A DNA stretch of 60,594 nt, counting the filler, from Sluysia triapertura (lineage: Eukaryota): the NCBI GenBank assembly GCA_046118255.1. It is 4 parts of 4 records of this genome, joined end to end, with 100 filler letters (N's around TTAATTAATTAA, not from the genome) between each part and the next. Parts side by side here need not be neighbours in the genome. Positions count along the whole stretch, not along the records: positions 28,331 to 47,904 come from JBJNIA010058764.1; 3 more parts are not named here. One strand, written 5' to 3'. Shown here in pieces: positions 28,386 through 40,625 of this stretch (position 1 is its first letter; each line of letters starts with the position of its first letter). The notes under the pieces are model-generated. The model was not told the origin of the DNA and did no database searches. It saw nothing but the letters and a program-made list of their open reading frames with translations. The translations under genes were made by a program, and so were the position numbers.

Positions 28386-29335
28386 TTCTTATTTTATTAT
28401 TATAAAATAAACTTATTTCAAAAGATACTACGCACACATCCTACGAAGCATTAAAGAAAACATACATTAGTCATGAAACAACAGGTTAAATCATTTTAAA
28501 AATCGTTTTTACTTGTGTTTCTCATTGATTGTAGCAGATTTACAAACTCTGGTTAATAATACATAGATAATGTCAAATCATATTTACAACGAACAACAAT
28601 CACATCATAACATTTTTTAACACTGCTTAATCTGTGATCATTTGAAAAAGTCCACAAATTCAATTCAAAAATAACAATTATGAAGAAACATAATCATAAA
28701 AATAAAAATCTTTAAAATAAATCAAAGACATTTTATAATTTTCTGACTTCTTTATAATAAATAATTGCTTTACTATTATTCTTATAAATCACTTCCGGTA
28801 TTTATAGTCTTAAATTTTACTTAAAAATATAGATTAATATCTACTGCTTTCAATTGTAAATAAATAGTTTAAGTAGTTTTTATGATATAATATATTAAAA
28901 TTTTACTTTTTAAAGAAATTCTTACTTAGTTTATTTATCTATTTATTATTAGATTGTTTATTATTATTTAAGTGATATTGCACGTGTTAAATGTTTTCAT
29001 GAAATACGTTCGTTTTAAACGAGTAATTGAATTTATTAAATTGAATTTATTAAATAACAATTTATTATTAAATTGTTAGTATAACATGTTTTTGTTATTA
29101 CAATAATTATTCATAATTACTGTGCCTTCGATTGTTTTAAATGTTTGAGAAAAGTTTTTGAATTTTTCACATAAATCATAAAAAATAGATAAAGAGATTT
29201 TATCGTAATTCACCACAAAAAATTTAATTTTTAATTTCACTACCATAAAATAAAGTTTGCTTATTACTTACACATGAATTAACCACTTTGAAATTCTGTG
29301 CCAACATCATACTCATTTAAGCTAAATTAACTCAC

Positions 29336-29580
29336 TTGTATTTGATTGTATTTGTATTTGTAAATATCATTTGTATTTGATTGTAGCATTTGATCAAAAT
29401 GAAAGATTAATCGCACATTTTCAAATATATTGCAAAAGTAGTAAAATACATAGTTATATTTATAATGCTTGGATCTAATATGAAATGCATCGTGTCCATC
29501 ATGAACTTTTTGAAATAGAAAGTTCTTCGTAAATAGTTCTAAATCTTCAGTAGTTTGACATAAGACAAATCTTATCTTAT
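29336..29580 (-). CDS. Possible exon of an unknown gene
   Basis: Open frame RFVLCQTTEDLELF...NQIQ ending at strong donor CAA|GTGAGT; no recognisable homology, acceptor uncertain. Confidence 0.3.
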
Positions 29581-30621
29581 TATCAATGGGTATAAAGTGT
29601 TTCAAAAAATTAATTTTAAAAATATTAATATTAATAATAACTTTAAATATTATAGTAAATATTACTAAATAAATAGTAAAATTAATCATATTTTCTATAT
29701 TTGAATGAATGGAGAAAAATTGTTCATTTTTAGTTAATTTATGATTTTTATTTGTTTAATAACAATAAAAGAGTGTCAGAAGTTGGTTTAATTTGGGATT
29801 AGATTCTTTTATCTTATATGTTTTGTTTTTTATTATTTTTTAACAGTTCTTTTTATTTTTTTTAAAAAATATTGAAGCAAATATTTGTTCTGAGTTATTT
29901 GAAAGAAAGCTTTCTATTATATATTTTATAGTATTATTTATGAAATTGTAAAAATATTAGTACAGTAAAATATTGTTATTATTAAGATTTTCTTTCGAAT
30001 GATGTTTTCATTGTCACGTAAATAATGAAACTAGATAATGTCCTGCTTTATTGTTGACTTATCTGGACATCAAACAAATTCTACCATAGATAGAATCAAA
30101 ATTTTTTTAAAGTTTTACAAAGAAAATGATATTAATAAGTCTATAAACTAAATAGTTCATTACAAAAGCCTATTAAAAGCAAAATTAAGCACTTAACACA
30201 TAAGCCCGAGTTAACTCGGGCGTGGATCATAACGAATATATTTAATTCTATGTTTACAATATCAATAAAACATAGCAAATAAAGAGTTTTTATTCAATCA
30301 ATATTAAATTTCTCATTTTTAACCTCAAAACTCTTTTTTTCTTTTTATTTTTGTGACTTGTTATAAATCTAGGCTAAAAAAGTGATCATTTAAAACCATA
30401 TCTAAAGCACAAGCAATTTTCTATAACTAAAAAGTATTCGTGAAAAATTTACAGCAAATTTGTAATCAAAGATAAAATAACCACAGTTGAATTCTAAATC
30501 CTTATAAAATAATATTAGTTCTTCGTTTTATTTACAAAGTTAAAATTAAATTATTATTTATTTAAAATAACCATTTAGTTTGTTTGACGAAATTGATAAT
30601 TTGTCTTTTCTCTGTATAGGC

Positions 30622-30836
30622 NNNNNNNNNNNNNNNNNNNNNNNNNNNNNNNNNNNNNNNNNNNNNNNNNNNNNNNNNNNNNNNNNNNNNNNNNNNNNNN
30701 NNNNNNNNNNNNNNNNNNNNNNNNNNNNNNNNNNNNNNNNNNNNNNNNNNNNNNNNNNNNNNNNNNNNNNNNNNNNNNNNNNNNNNNNNNNNNNNNNNNN
30801 NNNNNNNNNNNNNNNNNNNNNNNNNNNNNNNNNNNN
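30622..30836. other. Scaffold gap
   Basis: Run of N without linker. Confidence 0.97.
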
Positions 30837-31459
30837 TATGTATGAATGTGAGCCAATAAAGTTTGGATCTGTTACATATGTTACCAATTCAAACGTCATT
30901 GGTGACATACAGCACATTGTAAATTGATTTGAACATTTTTACAGTAGATATGAAATAACTGTAGCAACACATCACTTAAAAATTTAAACCTTTCTTATAG
31001 GTCCTAGTAAGGAAGCAACTTCTCATGATAATTAATGATGAAAATTACTCTATTTATCCTATAACGTCATTTCTAATCTGAGAATGAAGCGAAAATGTGT
31101 GATAATTATTTTTAGAATGATCGAACGTAGATTGTAATATGTTTTGTGAATCATTTCAAATTTTATACGAAAAAATTTACAAGTTTAAGAAGCAGTTTCA
31201 TTAGCCATATTTGGTATAGAATTTGGCAGAATTATTTCAAAATTAGAGACAGTTAAATAAAGTGTTAAATGCTGATCGGAGAGATGATAAATTGTCAAAA
31301 ATATTATCTGATAAAAGATCAATAATCAGGATGATTATTCAATACAGTTACAAATTAAGACACACGGAGGCAAAGAAATTCGAGAAGTATCAAACGATCA
31401 TGTTTCCATCTTACTAAAGGTACGGGAATATTTGTTAGGTTGTAATCATAACCATATAA

Positions 31460-32045
31460 AATCATTTAAAATCTTATTTTTCGAAAAAAGAAAATTAGCT
31501 TCCCAAAATAGGAGAGGAGCTTCTAGAATGATCTAGAACATACCATCGATTTCTATTGGCTGATGACTAGTGTATAAATCACCATATTGCAGTTTTGTAA
31601 TACTCCGTTGATACAATTTTATCGTCATTGTTGGAGTAATTGTGAAATTTTAATAATTGTTCAAACTTCACAGTCAGTTCAATATTTTTGGTAATTTATA
31701 TATTTTTAAGTTCAATTTCAACTTTACAGGTTTCAACTTAAATTTTTAAATTATTAGTCATTTTTAAGTCAGCGACATATTGAGGGATAATTATTACACT
31801 CAAATTATTATAGTCATTAGATTAAACGCTCTTTAATGCTTAAAATTTTTTATCACTGTCTTTTGTTTTTGTTATTACTCTAAGATTTTTATATTTCGTG
31901 AATAAAGTTAAATATCTTTGTGTCTATATAATTATTAAAAGCTGTAGGATAAGTTATTAAAATTTTGAGAAAATTTCGTTATTTGAGCATTTGTTAAAGA
32001 CTGTAGCATTTCTATCCTGATAAAATATTAGCTTATATAGTTACA
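31460..32045 (+). repeat. Solo-LTR-like repeat (3' part) with CCAAT and TATA boxes, homologous to ~57570-57705
   Basis: Shared block GCTTCTAGAATG..CCATC..ATTGGCTGATGA.TAGT.TATAAA; ends in GTTACA. Confidence 0.5.
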
Positions 32046-32480
32046 GGAACGCTCTCTATGACGTTTACTGTAACCGGACACTGCTCAAAAATATTTTGCT
32101 GTAGGTTAAGTGTTAGAATAATCACATCACATTTATTTTTCGACAGAAATGTGTTAATTTTAAATTGGGTTTAACAAAATTTTAAATGTTTATTGTTTTC
32201 ATTTCGGACGTAATGTTTTATTTCATAATAAATAATCTATACCCATGATTTAGGAAAATAAGTTTAAATGCGTCACGGGAATGAATTCCTTCAAAGATTG
32301 AAATAAACCTTAAAAATCTAATAAGAAATTAATTTAACAAAATAGTTTAACATAAATTATAAATATGAACGTGGAAGAAGAACTAATAAGTATTACTTAG
32401 AATGTGATTTTAAGATAGATTCTAAGATTAAGATTAAGTCTTAAGTATGCCTACAGTTTTCATTATAAAACTCTTCATAA

Positions 32481-32639
32481 TGTTGGGGTAAAAGGCCTAA
32501 AAAGTGCCAAGTAGTATAATTGAATATATTAAAAATGAAATTGTTAGAGGGGGCTGATAGCTCAGTGGTAGAGCATTCGAACTGTACAGCGATGGTCCCG
32601 GGTTCGATCCCCGGTCAGTCCATTTTACGAAGTCTAACA
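32481..32639 (+). repeat. tRNA-Ala-derived repeat copy 2 (best preserved; core 32551-32622)
   Basis: Acceptor stem GGGCTGA/TCAGTCC with G3:U70, intact A and B boxes, TTTT terminator; whole unit TGTTGG...TCTAACA. Confidence 0.8.
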
Positions 32640-32647
32640 CTATCATT

Positions 32648-32991
32648 ATTCGTGAATGGCTGAATGACAAATTTCCTGGAAGATGGATGGCCAGCCAGGA
32701 GTGCTAAATTAACATCATACGACTTTTTTCTCTGGGATTAGTTGAAAGAGCAAGTCTATGCAACCAAACCAAGAAATTTGGAAGAATTTGAAGGGCGAAT
32801 ACGTGAAGTTTTGGCTTTCTTAAAATTCTTGGTCAACTTGAGAAACTGGTGGCGAGTGATGGTGTCTATATTGAATTTTAAATAAAGTCAATGCAATATA
32901 TTTTCTTCTCGTATTTATTAAACATATAAATTATATTTAAATTATAAACTACAGTTATTTTAAAATAGGAAGTTACTTTTCAATCACCCTG
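32648..32991 (+). mobile_element. 3' end of a Tc1/mariner rosa (DD41D-like) transposon, decayed
   Basis: REWLNDKFPGRW..WPARS..LTSYDFFLWD*LKEQVYATKPRNLEEFEGRI; terminal repeat ..TCAATCACCCTG followed by TA. Confidence 0.85.
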
Positions 32992-33116
32992 TATATTTGC
33001 ATAATACCATAATAAGCATTCTCGCCTATAATTTGTTTAAATTATTAAATTAACAATTTATATCCGAAATGAGTTATGAAATTTCGATTTTCAACAATAA
33101 TCAAGAAAAAGTTTAC

Positions 33117-33280
33117 TATTAAATGCTTCGACCATTTGATTCAGTGTTTCCATAGAAATACCAGAATATCCTTTTGCCAATGTATTAATACGTAAAGCCA
33201 ACATCATACGTGCTTGTTCGATTTTCATTGGAGCACCAACACCACTGGCATGACTACGAATCAATGATAACTGTAATTCT
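33117..33280 (-). CDS. HAL: Internal exon of histidine ammonia-lyase (histidase)
   Basis: ELQLSLIRSHASGVGAPMKIEQARMMLALRINTLAKGYSGISMETLNQMVEAFN flanked by TTTTAG acceptor and GTAAAC donor; other exons not located by eye. Confidence 0.9.
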
Positions 33281-35125
33281 CTAAAATAAATCAACCAATA
33301 ATATACATTTAACATTTGTTTAAGCAGTGTGAGTCATTTTTGTGACATTTATAAATTTAAATTCATATATTTAAATTATATGAATGATGGCACAAGATTT
33401 GTACTACGAGCTGAATTCGGTGAGACAACTAATCAATAACATCGAAAACTTTTTGGTGGGGTTTGAAATGATCGAAATTTATGTTTTATTAATCAAGAAT
33501 AAGTTCGTAATGTTTGTTATAGTTCAATCTTGTTTACTTTTATTTTGGATTATCATAGTCGACTAAGCAAACAAGAAAATAAGAATTTACTTGAACAATA
33601 TTTATCTAGTTGATTTTATGGAGTATTTTTGAAGAATTTGGTAAATTTTTACCACAGCCAGTGACCATTTGACATACGTAGAGTAATATTTACTAAATCA
33701 TCAGTAATTCGATTTAATCTATGACTTAGACTTATTCCATTCGATAAGTCTGGCTTACCTTGGATTCCGAGACCTTTTAGCATTTATTGTGCACCACACG
33801 ATGTCCATACTTGACAGTGATAGTCTTGATTGTGTAAAGGTGTATAAAGTTTTATTTTTATGTTTGTAATTTTATGTAAAATAATTATAAAAATTATTAA
33901 AATTTATATTATTTAAAAAATTATTATTTCAATTATAATTATTATTATAAATTAAAAAACACCTAAAAAGAAACTTCTCGAAAGAAGTTTGTTTAATTAA
34001 AATAAAAATTTTAAAAATGTTTTTATAACTATATAAAGACAGACAAAGAAAATAAAGTCACAATTACAATTACAATCACTTATAAAGAAATCGCCATAAT
34101 TGAAAAAGTTACTACGCCATTTTCTAATTAGTCAATTGGATTCGTGGTAGAACTAATAAAATTCAGGCATCATTAGTAGGAAACAACAAGTCGACATCTC
34201 GGTATCAGATTATTCTCGAAGGCTTCAACAATCTCCAAACTAACATTTCATTTAGTTACATCGTGTCCCGCGTCTACGATTAGAGGAATGATTTTTCATC
34301 TTCCAGAACACAATCCATTTAAAAGGAAAAACAATAAGCGATTATCAGCGTTTATTATTGATTAATCGTAAGTTTGATTTATATAAGTTGCTAATCTAAA
34401 TGTCCGTAAAGTACTATTTTTCATGGTTTCTCATTAAGGCCATTCATAAAATCACATTAAAATATAAAATCTTAGACCTTTAGCTGGCCCTTAAGGTCAA
34501 TTATAAAATAGATATCGTAGGGTAGAGTCTTTCGGCTAGACCCTTATTACAATTTAAATATTATCGTTATTTTATATTATTTAATCATCATAACTGTCTA
34601 TCGCATTAATTTGTAGTAATTGTATTTTATCTAATTTTTGTATAATAAAAGCTATTGGAAAATTTGTGAATTTCTTCTAATATACAAGTATAATTCCATT
34701 AGAACTCATAGCTATTTTATTTTAGTAGTTATTCATAGTTAATATATAAAATGTATATTCATTGCTTTGAAAAATTACATTGATTTCAATAATAAATCCT
34801 TAAATTTTTAATAAGAATTATAAAGTTTTACGGTTATTATATTAATATTTGAAGACATAAAAGTATTACCATCGTTAATCATTTGATTTTTTCATAAACT
34901 AGCGTTGGTCTTGATTATTTTTAAGCGATTTAGATTTAATTGATATAAATGACGATTTCGCACATTATTGTTAAGGCAAATAAGATTTTTGTACGACTAA
35001 TTTTGATAATTATTTTCACGTAATTTTACAGGTATGCCATTAGTAAGTCGTATATTGTAAACGGACTCATAATAATTAATTGTTTTGCTGTAGGTTAGGT
35101 TTTTAGATTAAGAAAAACACGCAGC

Positions 35126-35187
<62 letters not shown>
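35126..35187. repeat. (AAT)n microsatellite
   Basis: Direct observation. Confidence 0.97.
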
Positions 35188-35189
<2 letters not shown>

Positions 35190-38100
35190 TTAATAAATTT
35201 ATAATAACAGTAATAATTATAAATATTAAATTATTTATTAAATTATTTTTACAAAAATTTGGATATAATTTTGATTTAATTACAAAATTGTAAAAAACAC
35301 AAAATTTGACTTAGCATAATGGATTTAACAATTAATACGATTTTAATGATATTATTAAGTTAGTCTTCAATTTATTTTACATATTCTACATTTTACTTAC
35401 AAATGAAGGTTTAATATATTCAAAATTACACAAGCCGTTTCAAAATCAGTTATAAAATCATTCATTATATTAGGCAAATGCCTAATACATCAATTTATTA
35501 TTAATATTTTAAAATAGACAAACCCAGTGTAACTTGTTTGTCGTTTGTAATCAGTCTTCATTATTGCATAGTTATAATTTTATTTATTGATTCTCTAAAC
35601 TTTTTAATAGACGTTGGTGCATTTATTTTGTTATTGGGGTTAGTATAAGAACATTAGCTATTGAAAAAGAATCAAAGGTTTTAAAGTAAGTAGGATATAT
35701 AACGCTAATAGTCGGACGAATTAATATCAATCAATGAAATTAAAGTAGTTAACAGGTAATAATGAAATCCAACCAAGACCGTTTGAATAATAATTAAATC
35801 CTATAGTACGTGAACCCATATGAATTATTTCATTTTTATTATAACGTTCTGCATGATCTTCAGAATCACTTATTTTTCAAATTTTTGAATTGTTATATAA
35901 TTAAGCTAGACTAATACAGTTTATAGATTGGATAAAGTATTAGATTTATTAGAAAATAATAATGTTGAAGTTCGGATAAAGAGTGTTGATGTTTGTCACA
36001 TAGGTTCGAAAAAGAATATATAATAGTCTATCACAAAATGGTGTCAAGTTGCTCAGTAACAAGAAGTAAATATTTTTAATAATGCCAAATAAGTAAAAAC
36101 CGATCTTAACCTTCAATTCTGGATAACTGAAGCTCATTATGAAGTTGATGAAATTTTAGTAAATGATATTAATAATTAATTTAAACGCTAAATTTTATAT
36201 CCTAATGGTAATAGAAAAGGATATACTTGATAAATATTCACCTTTTGCTGAAGTTAACCGCAAAATCCAGATGATGAGTACTTGTAAAGTCGATATTTTC
36301 ATTCATAAATTATACAACTCCGATTTGATTAGATTATAAAGTAACTTGAAGATATCGAAATTTTGAAAAGAACCCTGACGTAAACCTGGATCGGCAAGGT
36401 TTTCAAGGCACAATATTCATATTATAATAGTGATAAATTAATTGACTGTCTTTTAAATTTTGTATTCAACATAATGCATACTTATTGAACAAAATGTAAT
36501 TCAAATGTCTTAGATTTTTGTCATGTAAGATTTTTTTAAGAGAAAATTCCGTGATTCACAGAAACTAGTGACGATGTCTGTAATGCAAGCTGTTAATTAA
36601 ACATTTTTAGATATATTATTTGTCTTTATTTTAAAAGATGGACATTAAAAAATGTTCTAAGACTTATATTTTTTAAAAGTTTATAATATTAATTTATAAA
36701 TTTTAAAAATAATAAAATTTCCCTTAAACTTTATTATAGCATACGTGGGTAATTTAAAGTATTCAAGAGATTAGTAGCAAATGATTTAAAGTACTTAATG
36801 CTTACGAAAACTAATTTTAAAGTGTAATATAACTTTATTTTCAAAGTTATTCAAAAATGAGTTTCTTAGGAAAAAATTAATCGAAACTACTTTAAACAAT
36901 ACAGTGCTTTTACTTATTTACTTTTGTTTACTTCATTGATTTCATCATATTTTAAGATGCTTTAAAATTAAGACATTTTATCTGAAATATATAAATTTTA
37001 TTTTATTGTAATTTATTATTATTCAACTGCATAACTTATTTTCATTTGAATATGAATTCTTATTTTGATTAGCTCATTTTCAAAAAAACAGGTGCTATTT
37101 TTCATTAAATAAAAAACAAATTCAATGTTATAGATATATTTATTATCAATACCCAGTAATAAAAATTGAAATACACAATAAATTTCAATAATGAAAAGTA
37201 AAAAAAAGTATTGAATGGCTTATGATTGATTATAAAATAAGAAAACATCAATAGTTTTGATAAATTATTAAATTAGGTGGGACATTTTATTCAATTTTAC
37301 TCTAAATCAGCCATATCAATTTTGATCGGTATTTTAAAGAAATGTCAAAAGTGAATATATTCTAAAATGTATTTTGATTAATGCAACTTCTTGATTAACT
37401 TAATGATTAACACAATATGTTCTAGAATCCGGTATTTATTTCCCATATTAAAATTTAAACTATGTAATAAAGTTACATTACATTTAAATTTATGGATTTG
37501 CAACAGCATTTATCAAATATATCAATAAAATATTTCATTAATGCTAAATAATTTAAAAAATGAAAAAATTGTCTAACAATTTAAAATTTCAATGTTTTAA
37601 ATAAATTTAAACGACAATAAAAATTTGAGATATAAATTGAAATATTTCAAAATAAATGAAGAAAAGTCAGAATTCATAATTTTCAGTTATAAAAAAGTAA
37701 TAATGTTAGAGTAGCAGCATCGAAATTAAAAGTACGTAATATAGTATGTTACATGGATTTAAAAATGAACACGGAAGAAAATATTAATTGAATTGTCGAA
37801 AAATGTAATCATAATTTGAAAGAAAAAATGTAATCATAATAAAGATAAAGTAGAACTAATTTTGTATTCGTTGTTGACTAATAATATAGATTATGTTTTA
37901 TTGTACACAGTACTACAAAAAATAGTACAAAACTTGCAATTTCTATTTAATCAATCGACAAGAATAATTATCTTAAATAATTATACTGGTTACCAATAAA
38001 AAGTAGAATTCAAAATCATGACGGTCTATAAATTTTTACATAATGAAATATAATTAAAGATGTAAAAAACAAAATGAATATAATCTGCTGATTTAAAATT

Positions 38101-38385
38101 AAGCTTATTTGCAAATATTAAATTTTTAAATTAATAAAGTTTTCTAAAAACTAGTTTATTCTAAAAAGCCTTAATAAGTCCAAACACTTTTCTTTGTGCA
38201 AACTCCATGTTGCATTCGTAAAAATATGGTAATTTTTTAAGAATACACAATGGTAAATAAATAAGTGACATGTTATATATACCGTTTGTTTCAAAAATCT
38301 ACAAGAAACTGCACAACAATTTCAAATAATCAAACTCGAAAATTGTTTCTTCTATTTTAGAAATATGTCGAAATTCCCATTGTAA

Positions 38386-38576
38386 CCCTTTCAATACGAC
38401 TTTTGGCCAGAGAAGATATTTTTGTATAATTGAACTAAATGTGCTGAAAATATGTAACAGAATATGTTTACATAATTTCAGATTTTTAGAAAATATGGTT
38501 TTTGAAAAAATGCAGTAGTTTAATTATGGAATAAATATATTCTCTGGGACTTATATATCCCGCAGTATTGAAAGGG
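38386..38576. mobile_element. piggyBac-type MITE, 191 bp
   Basis: TIRs CCCTTTCAATAC / GTATTGAAAGGG; flanks GTAA and TTAA; subterminal palindrome GGGACTTATATATCCC. Confidence 0.8.
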
Positions 38577-40625
38577 TTAAGCGCTTCAGGTACTTTTTTT
38601 GTTACAGATATTATCACTACATCAATATATAGTTAAAACTTTCAAGCTATTTAAATATTTAAATAATACAAATCAAATTGAAGATTGTATTTTTTAGTTG
38701 AAAATTTATATAATGATTTATATTAATGATTTTGTTATACAATTTCTCACTAAGTAAATTAAAATTAATACATAAAAACGAAAAAAATAATTAAAATAAT
38801 ACACATTGAAAATGTCAATCAAATTTAATTCAAATAAAACATGAATAATTAATACAAATTAGAATCAAATATATCGTACGAAATATATCATAAATGCATT
38901 TTCGATGGCTTTAAAAATTAGTGACATTTAATTAAAAAAAATTTGTCAGCAAAATTACGCAACATAATTGAAAATATGAAAAATTACAATTTAAAGAAAG
39001 CGCTGTTATTTCTAAAATATAAACCAATAAACCAAGCAAAAATAATTCCAAAGTTTAAATAAAACTATTTAAAACAATTAATAAAATTTCTTTGCAGCAT
39101 TTTCACGATGCTTTTGATACATGAAAAATACGATAATAAATACTACTTGTACTACAGAAATAAAAAATATGAAATATGTTGATATACAATAGTGACATTT
39201 TGTATTTTCATAATCTTCTGAATTCTGTTTACGCAAAGTGCGATCAACATATGCAAGCTTAAGAAAATAATAATAATGTAAATAAAATTGATAAAATTAC
39301 GAAATATAATGGCACGACGCACGCCTTAATATTTAAATAATATTTATTAATAATAATTATTAATACTGTTATTATTAATTAAATAAATGAAAATAAATGT
39401 ATAATGTTAACATTAAATAAATAAAAATAAATGAAAATTAAAAATAATTTAATTATGCTAAACGAAAATTTATGTTAAATGTTAATAGTAATTGAAATTT
39501 AGAATAATTCATTATGATGGAGAAAATTGAAATTATCCACTGTTATATGAACAATAATGAAATTAAATAATTTATTTAATAAAATGAAAATTGTTAACGA
39601 ACTATTGAAAAAATAAAATTATAATAACAATGTAATAACATAACAGACCGGAACAAAGCAATAGAATATATTATAAATAAAATAATAAAAAAAGTAATTT
39701 TATTATATAATAAAAACAATTTTATTAGGTGATAAAAATTATATTCAACATTATTACAAGAAATTGGATATAAATATCCAAATTTTATTGTTAAAGGTAA
39801 TTGATTTAGTAAAAATATATTGATTCGATTTTAAAGTGTCGAGAATCTTAAAGGATAATGAGTTCGATTCCAGGTATTTTAAATGACAAGGTCAAGGTAA
39901 ACAATTATTGTTTATTAACATATTTTAATCTATTTTAATCATATTTTGATTTCAATTTTATCAAAATAACATTAAACATAAATTAAAAAGAAATTTTTTT
40001 TAAATTTTCTAAAGATCATTTAAAATAAATTTTTTGGACATTTTAATCGTTACATAAATTATTATTATTTATTATTTTGTCACAAATTTTAGAATAAATC
40101 GCTTTTCATATATTGTATTGTTAAATTTATATTTTTTACGTTGTTATAAATAAACTTTAATGAGTTTAGTTTATTTTAATTTAATTAGTTAAAAGGGGAA
40201 GACGTGAATTTACTCTTATCAGAGACGAGTGAACAGTAACCTCCGGAAATTATCATAAGTGTTAAAAAATAATCACCTTAAATTTAAGTTGCGCATAAAT
40301 TGAGTAGAAAGATCAAAGTTATAAACTTAATATAATTTTATTCTACGAAAAATTTCTATAGATGTGCCTTTCATCTATTATAGGCGAACTCAATAAACAA
40401 GTAATCTTGATTTATTTTGTGATAGTTTTATATATAAAAGAAAACACTCGCAAATAATTGGCGGAATAGTAAAAAATTTACAATTAAGTGGCCAGGTGTA
40501 ATAAAATAATTGTTAATCAAGTGTACAGGTGAACATTATAAAGGAAAACAATATGGTCAGGTGTAGTGTCAAGAATAATGTAGTATGAGAAAAGTAACAG
40601 CTGTTTGAACTTTTAACAAGGAGGT

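Noticed and set aside
30558-30927. ORFs spanning the N gap
   Set aside because: Artefacts of unknown bases
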